NCBI GenBank assembly: GCA_019058275.1
Contig: JAHLVW010000089.1
Coordinates: 1-64,000 of the forward strand
DNA: 64,000 nt
Direction of reading: 5' to 3'
Origin: Candidatus Heimdallarchaeota archaeon
Lineage (GTDB): Archaea; Asgardarchaeota; Heimdallarchaeia; JABLTI01
The notes under the pieces were generated by a model. The model did no database searches. It had not been told where the DNA came from and was given only the letters and a program-made list of their open reading frames with translations. Shown piece after piece: positions 1 to 8,161 of the stretch. A program made the translations under genes and the position numbers. Each line of letters begins with the position of its first letter. The first letter of the stretch is position 1.

Positions 1-91
1 AGAGAAGATTTAAAAAACAAAAGGAATAGCAAAAAACACCAAATATAAAAACGGGCGCATGGCTCAGTTAGGTAGAGCGGGAGACTCTTAA
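1..91 (+). repeat. Left arm of inverted repeat (TATA-containing promoter + tRNA-Lys 5' half)
   Basis: 1-36 matches revcomp(14190-14225) at 33/36 nt; 53-91 matches revcomp(14134-14172) at 33/39 nt. Confidence 0.9.
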
Positions 92-160
92 TCTATCGGT
101 CGGGGGTTCAAGCGTCTCAAATTTCGATTTGTTTCGGAATACATCCCACAGCGCCTACCA
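53..160 (+). tRNA. tRNA-Lys(CTT)-like gene with a 31-nt non-canonical intron at 58/59 (112-142); three stem mismatches, possibly non-functional
   Basis: GGGCGCA acceptor; D-arm GCTC/GAGC; anticodon loop CTCTTAA; GGGGGTTCAA^ATCCC T-arm; encoded CCA. The intron forms a BHB (GTTC/GAAT helix, AAG and ACA bulges, CAAAT-TTCG-ATTTG hairpin). Mismatches A7-A66, G28-A42, G50-A64. Confidence 0.8.
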
Positions 161-809
161 TTTCCTTTTTTTCTTTTATCCATCTTCTCATTTTTATTGG
201 ATCATTTCTCTCTGCATCGTGTGTGATTATGAACACTCCCACATTTCTTTTTATGTACTCTTTCTCTTCTTTTCTTTCCGCTTTCACTTTCCATGTTCCT
301 GTTGCGAACACTCCGTTCTCCATATCGTAAAATGGTGCGTGTGTATGACTAATTATTAGTTTATCTGCTTTCTCTATTTTTGGCAAATTCCAGTTTCTCT
401 CTCTCACTAGTTTTTCTTTCAGTCTTCCTGTTGCTACTCGCCACGTTTCTTCTTTCTTTTTCACTAGTCCTATGTTGTGTCCGTGGCAGATTATTATTCT
501 TCCCTCTTCTGACACTAATTTTACATATGGAAGAACTACAATATCCGGTCTATCGAACAACAGATTTCCTTCATGCCCCATTCCCCCTGTAATGAATACT
601 ATTCTTTCTTTCCAACCTTTTTCATCAACCCATTTAAGGAATTCTTCTAGTGCCTTTGCACCTTTTTCTTCGTATGAATCTAGAAAATCTCCATTAAAAA
701 TCATTAAATCCATATCTTCCTCAATACTTTCCACTGCTTTATAAAATTCTTTTTTTAAGCATTCTTCTGCGTCTAGGTGTACATCTCCAAATATTGCTGT
801 TTTCGTCAT
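117..809 (-). CDS. Calcineurin-like metallophosphoesterase
   Basis: Motifs GDVH, GDFLD, GGMGHE (variant of GNHE), CHGH, SHTH. Confidence 0.85.
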   Translation of the reverse strand: MTKTAIFGDVHLDAEECLKKEFYKAVESIEEDMDLMIFNGDFLDSYEEKGAKALEEFLKWVDEKGWKERIVFITGGMGHEGNLLFDRPDIVVLPYVKLVSEEGRIIICHGHNIGLVKKKEETWRVATGRLKEKLVRERNWNLPKIEKADKLIISHTHAPFYDMENGVFATGTWKVKAERKEEKEYIKRNVGVFIITHDAERNDPIKMRRWIKEKKEMVGAVGCIPKQIEI

Positions 810-810
810 T

Positions 811-3156
811 TTATTTTTCCTCAGCTATTATTTCCATAATTTCTTCTCTTATTTTCTCTGTTATTCCTTCTATTACTTGCTCTGTCCATCTTTTTTCTTC
901 CTTCTCTTCTCTTGCAATCAATTCCCTCATACCACCTAGCACTTTGTCAAATTTTCTGAAAATCTGTTCTATATTCCCCATTTCCCCTCCTTTTTCGTAT
1001 ATCACTATTTTTCTTTCCTGATAATTCGTGTATGTTCTAAGTGATGTTTCTGAGATATGCAGTTTTATTTCAATTGCTTTCTTCATGATTTCCCCTAATA
1101 GCTTCATCCTTTGTTTTTCTTGTTCCTTTGTTGTTTTTCTTTCCACTGGCTGTATTTCTATTATTAGTCCCTTTGTTTTCTTATCCCAATGGTAATTTTC
1201 CTTCCATTCCTTTTCTTCTTGATTCTTCTCTCCTAATCTCTCTCCTTCTTTCTTTATACTCCTCCCTTTTTTCCATCCTGTTATTAGCTTCCCATCTCTC
1301 GAGTATCTCATTATCTCATTTGTTTCTTTCCGAATAATCATCCTCCCGTATCTTATTGTTAATTTCCTAAACTGCTGTACTCTTGCTTGTCCTTCTATAA
1401 TAAACAGTGGTTGTTTTAACGTGTTTCTCTTTATATTCGTTTGATAGCAATTCAATTGTTCAACAATTACTTTTTCTTCTCCCAGTTCTAGTACTCTGTA
1501 TATTTCCCCTTTGCTTCCATGTAGTAATAGATTTCCCGGTAAAGCATTCCTAATTATCCGTCCCTCTTCGATTGTTCCAATTATTCTTTCTCTTTCCCCT
1601 TCAGTTACTACAATATTCCATTGTCGTTCTATTGCTCTTATTTGGTGTTTTCTGATGAACGCTTGTACTTCTTTTCTATCGGCTATGTTTACTGTTCTCT
1701 CTAGATATGGTTTTTTTTGTTCCTTTGTTTGCAGCATTCCTTGTGCATGTAGGATTGCTATTGCTTCCTCTATTACTTTCCTTGTTTCTTCGTTTTTATT
1801 TAATTCAATTATCTCTTTTCTTGTTGTGATTCCCAGCATTACTCTTAACAGCACAAATGCCTTTGCTCTTTGTAATGCTTTTGAATCGAACAGTATCCTT
1901 TCTGCTTTGTTTTCTAGTAGTATTTCCTCGAGTTTCTTTGTATTCTTGAGGTAGTATCTATCAATTGTGTTTTCCGGATCCAAAAAGATTGTAAAATTTT
2001 TTTTCTTTTCTATCTCGGGAAATCTTAATCTTCCCATTCTTTGTAATAAACCATTCACACCGGTTATCGGCCAACCAATATTGATTATATGCTGAATATT
2101 TGGAATATCCATTCCTAATTCCATCAATGAAGTTGTAAATACAAATCTTGCTTGCCCTCTATGTGTTCTCTCTACTACTGTTGACTTTTCTTTCCTTGTT
2201 AATTGACTGTTCATACAGACAAATGGTGAGTGTGCTAACACTAACTCTTTCGCTAAACCAGTTTTTTTCATTAAGTGCTTATTGCATTTTGCTACCATCT
2301 CTGACACTTTCTGAATATTATCCACAAACACAATTGCTACTCTACCTATTTTCTGTAGGTGAGGATCTAGTTTCTCAAGCAAAAAAGATTCTAATTTTTC
2401 AGGATCTAACAACATAACTGTAACTGTTCCTCTCCTTGTTTTTCCCTGGAAAACCTCTGCTGTTGGTAAGAATTTGTCTCTTAGTTTTTCTACATCCCTC
2501 ACTGTTGCAGAAGCTAGAACCACACTCATTTTTGGGTTCATTTTCTTTAACACCATAACCATTTCTCTAACATGTGCTAAATAGCTCCCAGAACCTGCGT
2601 GAACTTCATCAACTACTAACATTCCAGCATTCAATATCCAATCTATAAAATTCTCATTTCCTTCTTTAAAACATCTATGGAATAATTTGTCTATAGTAGC
2701 TAGTATGATGTTTGGTGTTATCTTTTCAACATGATCAATTTCTTTCTGTGTTAGATCACCATTATATCGACTATATGTTATCTTCCTACCAGTTCCTTCT
2801 AGTATTTTGTTACAGTACTTTGCTATTCTCTTTTCTTGATCTTCTGCTAACTGCTTTGTTGGATAGATTATGATGGCATTTTCTATCTCACCATTCAATA
2901 ATCTCTCAAAAATCGGAAAGAGGAATGTTTCAGACTTTCCAGAATCAGTTCCTACAGCAATAAAACTATCTTTCCCATCTAGAAGTGCTTGTATTGCTTT
3001 AATTTGGTAGGTATACATTTTATGAGGAAATATTTCTCGCAAACATTTGCCTGTAATCAAAAATCCTACATTTATATCATCTATAAAATAATCTGAGATC
3101 TCGCATAAAGATGAGGGTAATTTAAAAACCGATGTTACACCAATGTTTGAAGTCAC
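811..3156 (-). CDS. YprA/Hrq1(SftH)-like SF2 DEAH helicase with degenerate C-terminal DUF1998-like region
   Basis: Q motif YTYQ; I GTDSGKS; Ia YPTKQLAEDQ; YNGD; II DEVH; III SAT; V TSLMELGMDI; VI QRMGR; C-terminal IVIYEKGGEMG without the Cys cluster. Confidence 0.85.
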   Translation of the reverse strand: MTSNIGVTSVFKLPSSLCEISDYFIDDINVGFLITGKCLREIFPHKMYTYQIKAIQALLDGKDSFIAVGTDSGKSETFLFPIFERLLNGEIENAIIIYPTKQLAEDQEKRIAKYCNKILEGTGRKITYSRYNGDLTQKEIDHVEKITPNIILATIDKLFHRCFKEGNENFIDWILNAGMLVVDEVHAGSGSYLAHVREMVMVLKKMNPKMSVVLASATVRDVEKLRDKFLPTAEVFQGKTRRGTVTVMLLDPEKLESFLLEKLDPHLQKIGRVAIVFVDNIQKVSEMVAKCNKHLMKKTGLAKELVLAHSPFVCMNSQLTRKEKSTVVERTHRGQARFVFTTSLMELGMDIPNIQHIINIGWPITGVNGLLQRMGRLRFPEIEKKKNFTIFLDPENTIDRYYLKNTKKLEEILLENKAERILFDSKALQRAKAFVLLRVMLGITTRKEIIELNKNEETRKVIEEAIAILHAQGMLQTKEQKKPYLERTVNIADRKEVQAFIRKHQIRAIERQWNIVVTEGERERIIGTIEEGRIIRNALPGNLLLHGSKGEIYRVLELGEEKVIVEQLNCYQTNIKRNTLKQPLFIIEGQARVQQFRKLTIRYGRMIIRKETNEIMRYSRDGKLITGWKKGRSIKKEGERLGEKNQEEKEWKENYHWDKKTKGLIIEIQPVERKTTKEQEKQRMKLLGEIMKKAIEIKLHISETSLRTYTNYQERKIVIYEKGGEMGNIEQIFRKFDKVLGGMRELIAREEKEEKRWTEQVIEGITEKIREEIMEIIAEEK

Positions 3157-3158
3157 TT

Positions 3159-3716
3159 TTATCCCTCCTCTTTTAATCTCGCACCAAAAATGTAATCCAT
3201 GATCTCCTCTAATTCCTCTTGAATATACTCTCTTTTTTCTTCAGTCGAATCATTTTGGAGATCAATATTCTCAGTAATTTTTTCAACTGTTTCTTTTATT
3301 TTATCAATACAGATTTCCTCTGGTATTATCTCTATTTTATTCAGAAGAAGCTTTATCTCATCAATTACTTCTTTCTCTTTTTCCTCATTCTCTAATTGAA
3401 AATGTTTTTTTTGTGCTAATTTTTCTAAATCCTCAAGATTAATCGTTAATTCAGCAGGTAATGGTTTGTTTTTTATGATACACTTGTACAATTTATCCAG
3501 CAATGGCATTGTTTTTTCTTTTAATCCAAATCGGTATAGATTTTTTCTGCCCACCCGCCAGATTAATCCATCTTCTTTCAAGACTTGCAGTGTTCGGTAT
3601 GTTTCTGTTAATGATATCTTCGTTGCTTCAGTAATCTCTTTAGCACTTTTAGGATATACTACACCATCCACATTATACTCTTCTAAAAGATGCCATATCA
3701 CTCTAAATTTATCCAT
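3159..3716 (-). CDS. Winged-HTH DNA-binding protein with acidic coiled tail
   Basis: SAKEITEATKISLTETYRTLQVLKEDGLIWR wHTH pattern; overlaps the upstream gene. Confidence 0.7.
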   Translation of the reverse strand: MDKFRVIWHLLEEYNVDGVVYPKSAKEITEATKISLTETYRTLQVLKEDGLIWRVGRKNLYRFGLKEKTMPLLDKLYKCIIKNKPLPAELTINLEDLEKLAQKKHFQLENEEKEKEVIDEIKLLLNKIEIIPEEICIDKIKETVEKITENIDLQNDSTEEKREYIQEELEEIMDYIFGARLKEEG

Positions 3717-5194
3717 TCTATTGGTAACTCCTTCAAGTCATAACTATACTCTTTTACCCTTGGTGACAACTGACCTACTTTGTATCCATGTTTGATTATG
3801 TAATCCTTTTCTCTCCCTTTATGCAAGTATGATAATTTTTCAAATTCAGCTATATCTTTCTCAATTTGTTGCTCAATAAACTTAGACTTCATCCAAACTA
3901 TTGGTTGGAAACCACATCTCTTTATTTCCTCTTGACAGATTCTAAATACCTTATTTCGCAAGAGGTTTTTTTGACTAATAGGAAGATACTCCCATTCAAG
4001 AACTAATCGCCAGAGTTTAACACCGATTGAATTAATCATCTCTCTGTCATTGATAAAGAGTTGTTCATCATGTAATCTCTCACAAATATTTTCCAAAAGA
4101 TTATCAAATTCCAAAACATTCTTTGTTAGAGCTTCTTTATATGAATTATAGGTTTGACCATTAAACACACAGGGATTACTTAAAACATCCTCTTTGGTTT
4201 CAAATAGAATCTTTTGACCAACAGGAGAAACATAATACAATCTTTCACCTTTGAATCCAGAAATTTTCTTGATATGTTTTTTAGTAATTTTTTTATCTAA
4301 AATTGCCTTCAAAGATTGAATATGTCCTGTTTTCTTTAATGAATTACATAAATCTAATGGTAATCCCATCCAAGTAAGGTTAGAATTAATACTAAAATGA
4401 GTGAAACCACCAACTCCCAAGTAATTCAATCCTAACTCTTCTAATACTGACCACATTTCTTCCTCATAGATTAGAAAAGCAGTGTTGAACAAAGCATCTG
4501 CTTTTGTTCGAGCTATTGTCTTATAATTCCCAATCATTTGTTTCTTATTATGTAACCTATCAGAAATTCTGTGTCTAATCCGAAATCCATAAGGCTCAAT
4601 TAGGTTGTTTGTAAAATCCCATACTGTTTTAGCTGATAACCCCTCTGTAACATTACAGAGTGTTCCTTCATGATAGTGATAACCAAGAATATAGGTATCT
4701 CCTAGTTTATCAATAAGGGGTTGGAAAGTATTCCTATTAGATGCCATCCCTTGTAAAGCATATACTAGACTCAGATCACTTTTAATAGTTGATTTCAAGA
4801 AATGATTGTTAAAACCATTACTCAGTCTAATAGCATCTACACAAGTTGCTTTTTTTACAGAAATTCGATTAAGATTAAACCAACCTTTGAAAGAATCAAT
4901 TCGTTTATAATAACAACCATTCTCAATTAATACTTGTTTAATCTCAAGTGGCAATCCAATATGATCATAAACGAATTTAAGATCACTTATCTTTAGCATT
5001 AGTTGTCCTACAAACAGAAATTCACCTGCGATTTTAACCTCATATCCAGGTAGAATCGGAACTCCTAAACTACTCTTTGGTTGTTGGTAATCTTGTGCAG
5101 TTAATCCTGTTAGTTGGTAAATTTTATCTTTAAAGAGGTGCCCGGAATCTTTCACACACTTGATATAATGTGTCATTGACTCTCTAGTATTCAT
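3698..5194 (-). CDS. Highly divergent solo Cas1/casposase homolog, catalytic residues apparently substituted (Q/H/N)
   Basis: Ordered Cas1-like blocks: LQGMAS (IEGxAA), YGFRIR, ADALFNTAF (NAxLNYGY), GLNYLGVGGFTH (GLDPYxGFLH), LPLDLCNSLK (LxxDLMExFR), YYVSPVGQKILF...FNGQTY. N-terminal beta-domain-like KISDLKFV...VLIENGCYYKRID. GAGGAG RBS before ATG 5194. Confidence 0.7.
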   Translation of the reverse strand: MNTRESMTHYIKCVKDSGHLFKDKIYQLTGLTAQDYQQPKSSLGVPILPGYEVKIAGEFLFVGQLMLKISDLKFVYDHIGLPLEIKQVLIENGCYYKRIDSFKGWFNLNRISVKKATCVDAIRLSNGFNNHFLKSTIKSDLSLVYALQGMASNRNTFQPLIDKLGDTYILGYHYHEGTLCNVTEGLSAKTVWDFTNNLIEPYGFRIRHRISDRLHNKKQMIGNYKTIARTKADALFNTAFLIYEEEMWSVLEELGLNYLGVGGFTHFSINSNLTWMGLPLDLCNSLKKTGHIQSLKAILDKKITKKHIKKISGFKGERLYYVSPVGQKILFETKEDVLSNPCVFNGQTYNSYKEALTKNVLEFDNLLENICERLHDEQLFINDREMINSIGVKLWRLVLEWEYLPISQKNLLRNKVFRICQEEIKRCGFQPIVWMKSKFIEQQIEKDIAEFEKLSYLHKGREKDYIIKHGYKVGQLSPRVKEYSYDLKELPIEWINLE

Positions 5195-7265
5195 CAGGAC
5201 TCTCCTCATAATTTATTTCTATTTTTTCTTGAATTAATTTGAAAGACGATCCACATCTCGAACATTTGTTTACCATTGCACCTTGTTGAGGAAAAGCTCT
5301 AGAACCAAAACCTTCTATGTAAACTTTTTTACCTTCTTTCAAGCAATTTGGGCAATGATGAGCAAATTCCTCTCCATCTTCTCCACCAAAACTAACGAAT
5401 TCTGTTTGTGTACTTTGATAAAACTCTGGTATTGATATGTTAAATTCCATTGTATCTGCTTCTTGATAAAATTCGCATGCAACAGTTTTTCTTCGCAGTT
5501 TATTAGTAAGCAAATATAGTAGATATTTTTCTGGAATTTTCCGTTCAGCAATCTCTTCCGCTTCTACCCAAAAATTACATCGAACGTTTTCATAGTAGTA
5601 ACATCCACCACATTCTTTGAAATAATAAAATGGTATTTCACTCAAAGAATAATATTTTACGCTTCTACCTTTTGGTGGTTTTACTACCACGGTTTGAAGT
5701 GAATCAGATTGTAATTCAATTTTTGAAAGAGCATCTGTTACTTCTTTTTTTTGTAATGATAAGTTGAGCATTATCTGAGCTGCAGTTATTGGTTCACATG
5801 CAAGTGTTAATTCTTCATTTATTGCTTGAAGAATAGCCTCTTTATCTTTTTTTCCTGATTCATCATCAACATAATCGAAATTCGAAGAAATCAGACTTTC
5901 AATTAACGAAAAACGTTTCTTGGCTTTTTCTGACATGATTTCTTGATAACAAGATAATAATTTTTGTATTTTAAAGAAAGAGTAACTAGTTTTTCCTGAA
6001 AAAATTGACTTAAAAATCGCATCATCTTCATTTAATTCCCTTGTTTCCAACTTTTCGATTAATACTTGAAGATCATCATATGCAATTCGACCTATTGTGA
6101 ATGTATGAAAAATTCTAGCAATCCCATCCCAATCAAGAACATTGTTCGAAATCTTCTCCTGAATCAAAGTAATAATAGCTAATGGATCTTTTTTTATTTC
6201 CTCAAAATAAGTGGATGCTACTAGAAACCTTTTACCAAAAGGTGTTAGATTATATCTACCAGTATAATTCTCACCATGAGAAATTAATGCAAATGTTTCT
6301 TTTTCAGAATGTAAAGTCTTATTTGATTTATTTAGTAATTTAAATATAGCATAAAATTCCTCTTCGATAATTTTATCAAGTTCTTCATTCTTTCCTGTAA
6401 GTGTAGTTTCGTTAATTTGGAGCCTATAGTTTATGCTATCCTTTAGTTTTAGTAATAATTGTTTTTTCGTTGGGTGTCCTGAAAAGGATCTCAATAATAT
6501 TTGAAATGGTAAAATACTTCTGAGAAGATCTCTAGTATCTATCACCTCTGTTATTTCCACATTTTCTTGATTGGATTCAGTAACATCGATAATTGACTTA
6601 GTTTGGAATGACTTTAGTAGCTGACTTTTGGTTAGAATTCCAGGTGATATGAAATGAACTCTTTTATTTGACTTTGCAGTTTTTCTTTTTAAGAACAATA
6701 TACTATCAAGATCTATCAAATCAAAATTTCCCTTTTCATTTAGCGGATCAACAAAAATATATGCATTAACTAAAGGCAATGATACTTTTCTTTTTAAATC
6801 AGAAAAATTACTGCGCCTATATAACAAATTTCGAAGTAGTTGATTGTAGCTTGTGATAATTATGCAATTAGTACTGGATGGATAACAATTTCCTTTAAAT
6901 TTTTTAAAAGTAGATGCAACTCGAATTGTTGAGTTCGTTAATCGATGTGAAAAGTCATATTCATGCTCATATTGTTCTAATTGGTTTATCTCTGAAGGAT
7001 TGAGAAAATTGTGGATTTGTTTAGCTTCTTTGGTAGTTCTTACTACAATCATTGCGGATGTGTTTGCTAATCGGGAATTAAGTAATGCTAATGTTGCAGC
7101 AATTTGTAGTTGTTCAGATGTTTTAGGTGTATTGATGGTTAAATCTTCTTGACATTGAACGGCTTTTCGGATTCCCTCTTGGCTAAAACCAGTTGGGAAA
7201 GCATAGTCTCTAAGGATAGTTACAAAGGATCTCAGAAGACAACCTAAATGAGCCATATCAGTCAT
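5184..7265 (-). CDS. Inactivated Hel308/Ski2-like helicase derivative with wHTH domains and two C-terminal Cys clusters
   Basis: Degenerate motifs TPKTSEQ (I), VVRTTKEA (Ia), IIITSYNQL (Ib), FVDPL (II); YNLTPFGKR winged-helix signature; CGGC..C..C and CPNC..CSRC. Confidence 0.55.
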   Translation of the reverse strand: MTDMAHLGCLLRSFVTILRDYAFPTGFSQEGIRKAVQCQEDLTINTPKTSEQLQIAATLALLNSRLANTSAMIVVRTTKEAKQIHNFLNPSEINQLEQYEHEYDFSHRLTNSTIRVASTFKKFKGNCYPSSTNCIIITSYNQLLRNLLYRRSNFSDLKRKVSLPLVNAYIFVDPLNEKGNFDLIDLDSILFLKRKTAKSNKRVHFISPGILTKSQLLKSFQTKSIIDVTESNQENVEITEVIDTRDLLRSILPFQILLRSFSGHPTKKQLLLKLKDSINYRLQINETTLTGKNEELDKIIEEEFYAIFKLLNKSNKTLHSEKETFALISHGENYTGRYNLTPFGKRFLVASTYFEEIKKDPLAIITLIQEKISNNVLDWDGIARIFHTFTIGRIAYDDLQVLIEKLETRELNEDDAIFKSIFSGKTSYSFFKIQKLLSCYQEIMSEKAKKRFSLIESLISSNFDYVDDESGKKDKEAILQAINEELTLACEPITAAQIMLNLSLQKKEVTDALSKIELQSDSLQTVVVKPPKGRSVKYYSLSEIPFYYFKECGGCYYYENVRCNFWVEAEEIAERKIPEKYLLYLLTNKLRRKTVACEFYQEADTMEFNISIPEFYQSTQTEFVSFGGEDGEEFAHHCPNCLKEGKKVYIEGFGSRAFPQQGAMVNKCSRCGSSFKLIQEKIEINYEESPDEY

Positions 7266-8031
7266 CCTCCAATCCTGTGTGATTGAATTCTGTTATAATT
7301 TTCATCAATTTGTCACTGGAATTTGAACCCATTATTGACCAAAATAATTGGCTTTCTAATTCTTTAGTAAATTCATCAACAGAATCAATGATATCAAAAA
7401 ATTCGTCTGAAATAGATAGCAAATGAGATTCACAGTCTAATAAAAAAGAAAATATGGTATCTAGTTGTTTTTTATATATCTGTAACATTGATAAATTTGA
7501 GATTTGAGGTTTAGGTTTGTTAATCTCGAAAACACCTTCTGGATAATAAATCATAAGAATAAATCTTAGTAAAGGATGATTTAGTTGTAATCGGTAAGAT
7601 TGTTGTTTCTTACGTGGTAATTTCTGTAAAACTCCTAATCGAACTAAATTTTTAACAAAAGAATCAACTGATCTTTTGGAAAATTGGTTAGCAGCTTTCA
7701 TCTTCAGATATTTTAAAGATTGATACTCTAAATTGCATGTTTGCAAACAATAATTTGCTAGCAAGTAGCACATGGAAACTATAGACTTTTTGTTTAAATA
7801 ATCATCACCAAATGTTTGGATGACATTACGGTTTTCAACAGGCAACTGTATCATAAACTCGTCTTCACCAAGTATTTCTCTAGAATTTTCTTTAAATAGA
7901 GCTAATCTCGCAAAAAAACGAAAAGGAGATTGTGATTTACAATTAACAATTGCAAAAAAATGGAAAGGGTCAAATTTCACTATCGAAAACACGCTTTCTC
8001 CTGCCTTCTTTTGACGAGAAGAAAGTTTCAC
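7258..8031 (-). CDS. wHTH-containing protein, first gene of the Cas1-like operon
   Basis: FSKRSVDSFVKNLVRLGVLQK...YRLQLNHP wHTH pattern; 8-bp overlap with the next gene. Confidence 0.55.
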   Translation of the reverse strand: MKLSSRQKKAGESVFSIVKFDPFHFFAIVNCKSQSPFRFFARLALFKENSREILGEDEFMIQLPVENRNVIQTFGDDYLNKKSIVSMCYLLANYCLQTCNLEYQSLKYLKMKAANQFSKRSVDSFVKNLVRLGVLQKLPRKKQQSYRLQLNHPLLRFILMIYYPEGVFEINKPKPQISNLSMLQIYKKQLDTIFSFLLDCESHLLSISDEFFDIIDSVDEFTKELESQLFWSIMGSNSSDKLMKIITEFNHTGLEDD

Positions 8032-8161
8032 AATGTCCCTTTTCTATTTCAATAAATCCTATTTTCTTACTTCTTTCTTCTTTAATAATCTCCTTTCTAC
8101 CATTTATTGAAAATCAGAACATAAAAAGAAATGATTTTTTATCACTCATCTGTTTCACTTT

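Noticed and set aside
129-2417. Plus-strand ORFs of 69-147 aa (F/L/S-rich)
   Set aside because: Antisense shadows of the purine-rich helicase and phosphoesterase genes; stop codons are depleted by the composition
8032-8161. Possible CRISPR or mini-array upstream of the Cas1-like operon
   Set aside because: Only low-complexity T/C-rich sequence; no regularly spaced repeats here or in any other intergenic region read
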